From: an uncultured Actinomycetes bacterium
GTDB lineage: Bacteria; Actinomycetota; Thermoleophilia; UBA2241
Length of the DNA: 24,000 nt
NCBI GenBank assembly: GCA_963725665.1
Contig: CAVRZA010000004.1
Location: 207,543-231,542 of the forward strand
Reading direction: 5' to 3'
The position numbers and the translations under genes were made by a program. The notes under the pieces are model-generated. The model was not told the origin of the DNA. It ran no database searches and saw only the letters and a program-made list of their open reading frames with translations. Within the stretch, counting starts at the first letter, position 1. The number at the start of each line of letters is the position of its first letter. Shown here one piece after another: positions 23,098-24,000 of the stretch.

Positions 23098-24000
23098 TGA
23101 CCAGCGACCTCACGCCGGTGGCCCCGCTGGCGGCCCGCGTCGTGCGCTGGGGCAAGTTCTGGGCACTCGAGCCGCTGTTCGCCGACGAGCGCCACTACCT
23201 TCTGGCCAAGGGCGGTCGACGGCCGCGCCTCGGCGACCTCGTGCTCGCCGTCCCGGTCAAGCACAACCGCGTGCGCATCGTGGAGGTCCTGGGCGACGGC
23301 AACGACGTGCGCGCGGTGCTGCGCGCCCTGCTCTACGCGGAAGGTGTGCCGCAGGGCTTCCCACAAGCGGTGCTCGACGAGGCGGCGGCCGTCGTCGGCC
23401 GCCGAGAGCGGCGCGACGACGGCCGCGTCGACCTGACCGGCCTGCGCACCTTCACGATCGACCCTGAGACGGCCACGGACTTCGACGACGCCATCTCGGT
23501 CGCGCGCGACGGCGACGCCTATCGCGCCTGGGTGCACATCGCCGACGTCTCCTACTACGTCGACGGCGACGGAGCGATCGACGTCGAGGCGCGGCGTCGC
23601 ACGGCCAGCGTCTACCTGCCGCTCTGGGCCGAGCCCATGCTGCCCGAAGCCCTCTCGTCCGACGTCTGCAGCCTCAAGCCCGACGAGCCGCGCAAGTGCG
23701 TCACGGCGGAGTTCCTCTTCTCGGCCAAGGGCGAGCGGCTCTCGATCGAGTTCTATCGCTCGCTGGTCAAGAGCGATCGCCGCCTGACGTACGGGTTCGT
23801 CGACGAGGAACTCGGCCACGGGGAGGACGGCGCGGCCGAAGGCGCCGGCGGCCGCGGCGAGGCGATCGCCGGCACCGCGGCCGCGCCCGCCCCGGTCGCC
23901 GTGCCGCCGCCCCTCGCCCCGGCGCTCGCCGCCGACCTGCGCCTCGCTCACGAGCTTGCCGAGACGCTGCGCGCCAGGCGCTTCGCACGCGGGGCGCTGC
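23098..24000 (+). CDS. rnr: RNase II/R family 3'-5' exoribonuclease, N-terminal part; continues past the right edge
   Basis: My translation from ATG 23098: MTSDLTPVAP..VDLTGLRTFTIDPETATDFDDAISV..AWVHIADVSYYV..RRRTASVYLP..MLPEALSSDVCSLKP.. gives the RNB-domain motifs. There is no stop before the window end, so it is not in the ORF track. Confidence 0.82.

Noticed and set aside
1-24000. CRISPR arrays, mobile elements, prophage or defence-system genes
   Set aside because: I found no regularly spaced repeats, no transposase/integrase/recombinase-like ORFs, no terminal inverted repeats and no nuclease/ATPase pairs typical of defence islands. The base composition is uniform except for short intergenic dips.

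Overview
This is a high-GC bacterial chromosomal window. The gene style looks Actinomycetota-like (GC-rich third codon positions, frequent GTG/TTG starts, a Gram-positive-type lipoprotein signal), but the taxon cannot be fixed from the sequence alone. I can support about 24 protein-coding genes. I found no rRNA, tRNA, CRISPR array, transposase/integrase or recognisable defence genes, and no transcription-factor gene. Left part: the 5' end of an aldehyde:ferredoxin oxidoreductase (minus strand, absent from the ORF track), a frameshifted SAM methyltransferase, cspA, then rpsR, a B12-binding radical SAM gene and a nitroreductase. Centre (about 4.7-15.7 kb) is the most interesting locus. A class-III aminotransferase lies divergent from a strand carrying a non-pyrrolysine MttB-superfamily methyltransferase, a small membrane ORF, DUF72, an MIO-type ammonia-lyase/aminomutase, a polar-amino-acid ABC importer (SBP, permease, ATPase), a DxHxxG corrinoid protein and an MtmB-superfamily (monomethylamine-methyltransferase-like) gene. 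I read this as a candidate corrinoid-dependent catabolic system for an N-methylated amino compound. Its substrate is unknown, and the usual partner genes (methylcorrinoid:THF methyltransferase, RamA-type activase, regulator) are not in the window. Right part: an LPG-synthase-TM-like membrane protein, a VOC/glyoxalase protein, a small Cys-rich ORF, a roughly 550-nt lower-GC non-coding stretch with two related long hairpins, a small ferredoxin, then ftsE-ftsX, a coiled-coil M23 peptidase, an S41 peptidase and the start of RNase R. Main caveat: eight reading-frame disruptions are visible. All are repaired by removing one nucleotide, and six of them sit in the MtmB-like gene. I cannot tell sequencing or assembly insertions from genuine pseudogenisation without reads. 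All functional calls come from motif and family recognition by eye; no searches were run.
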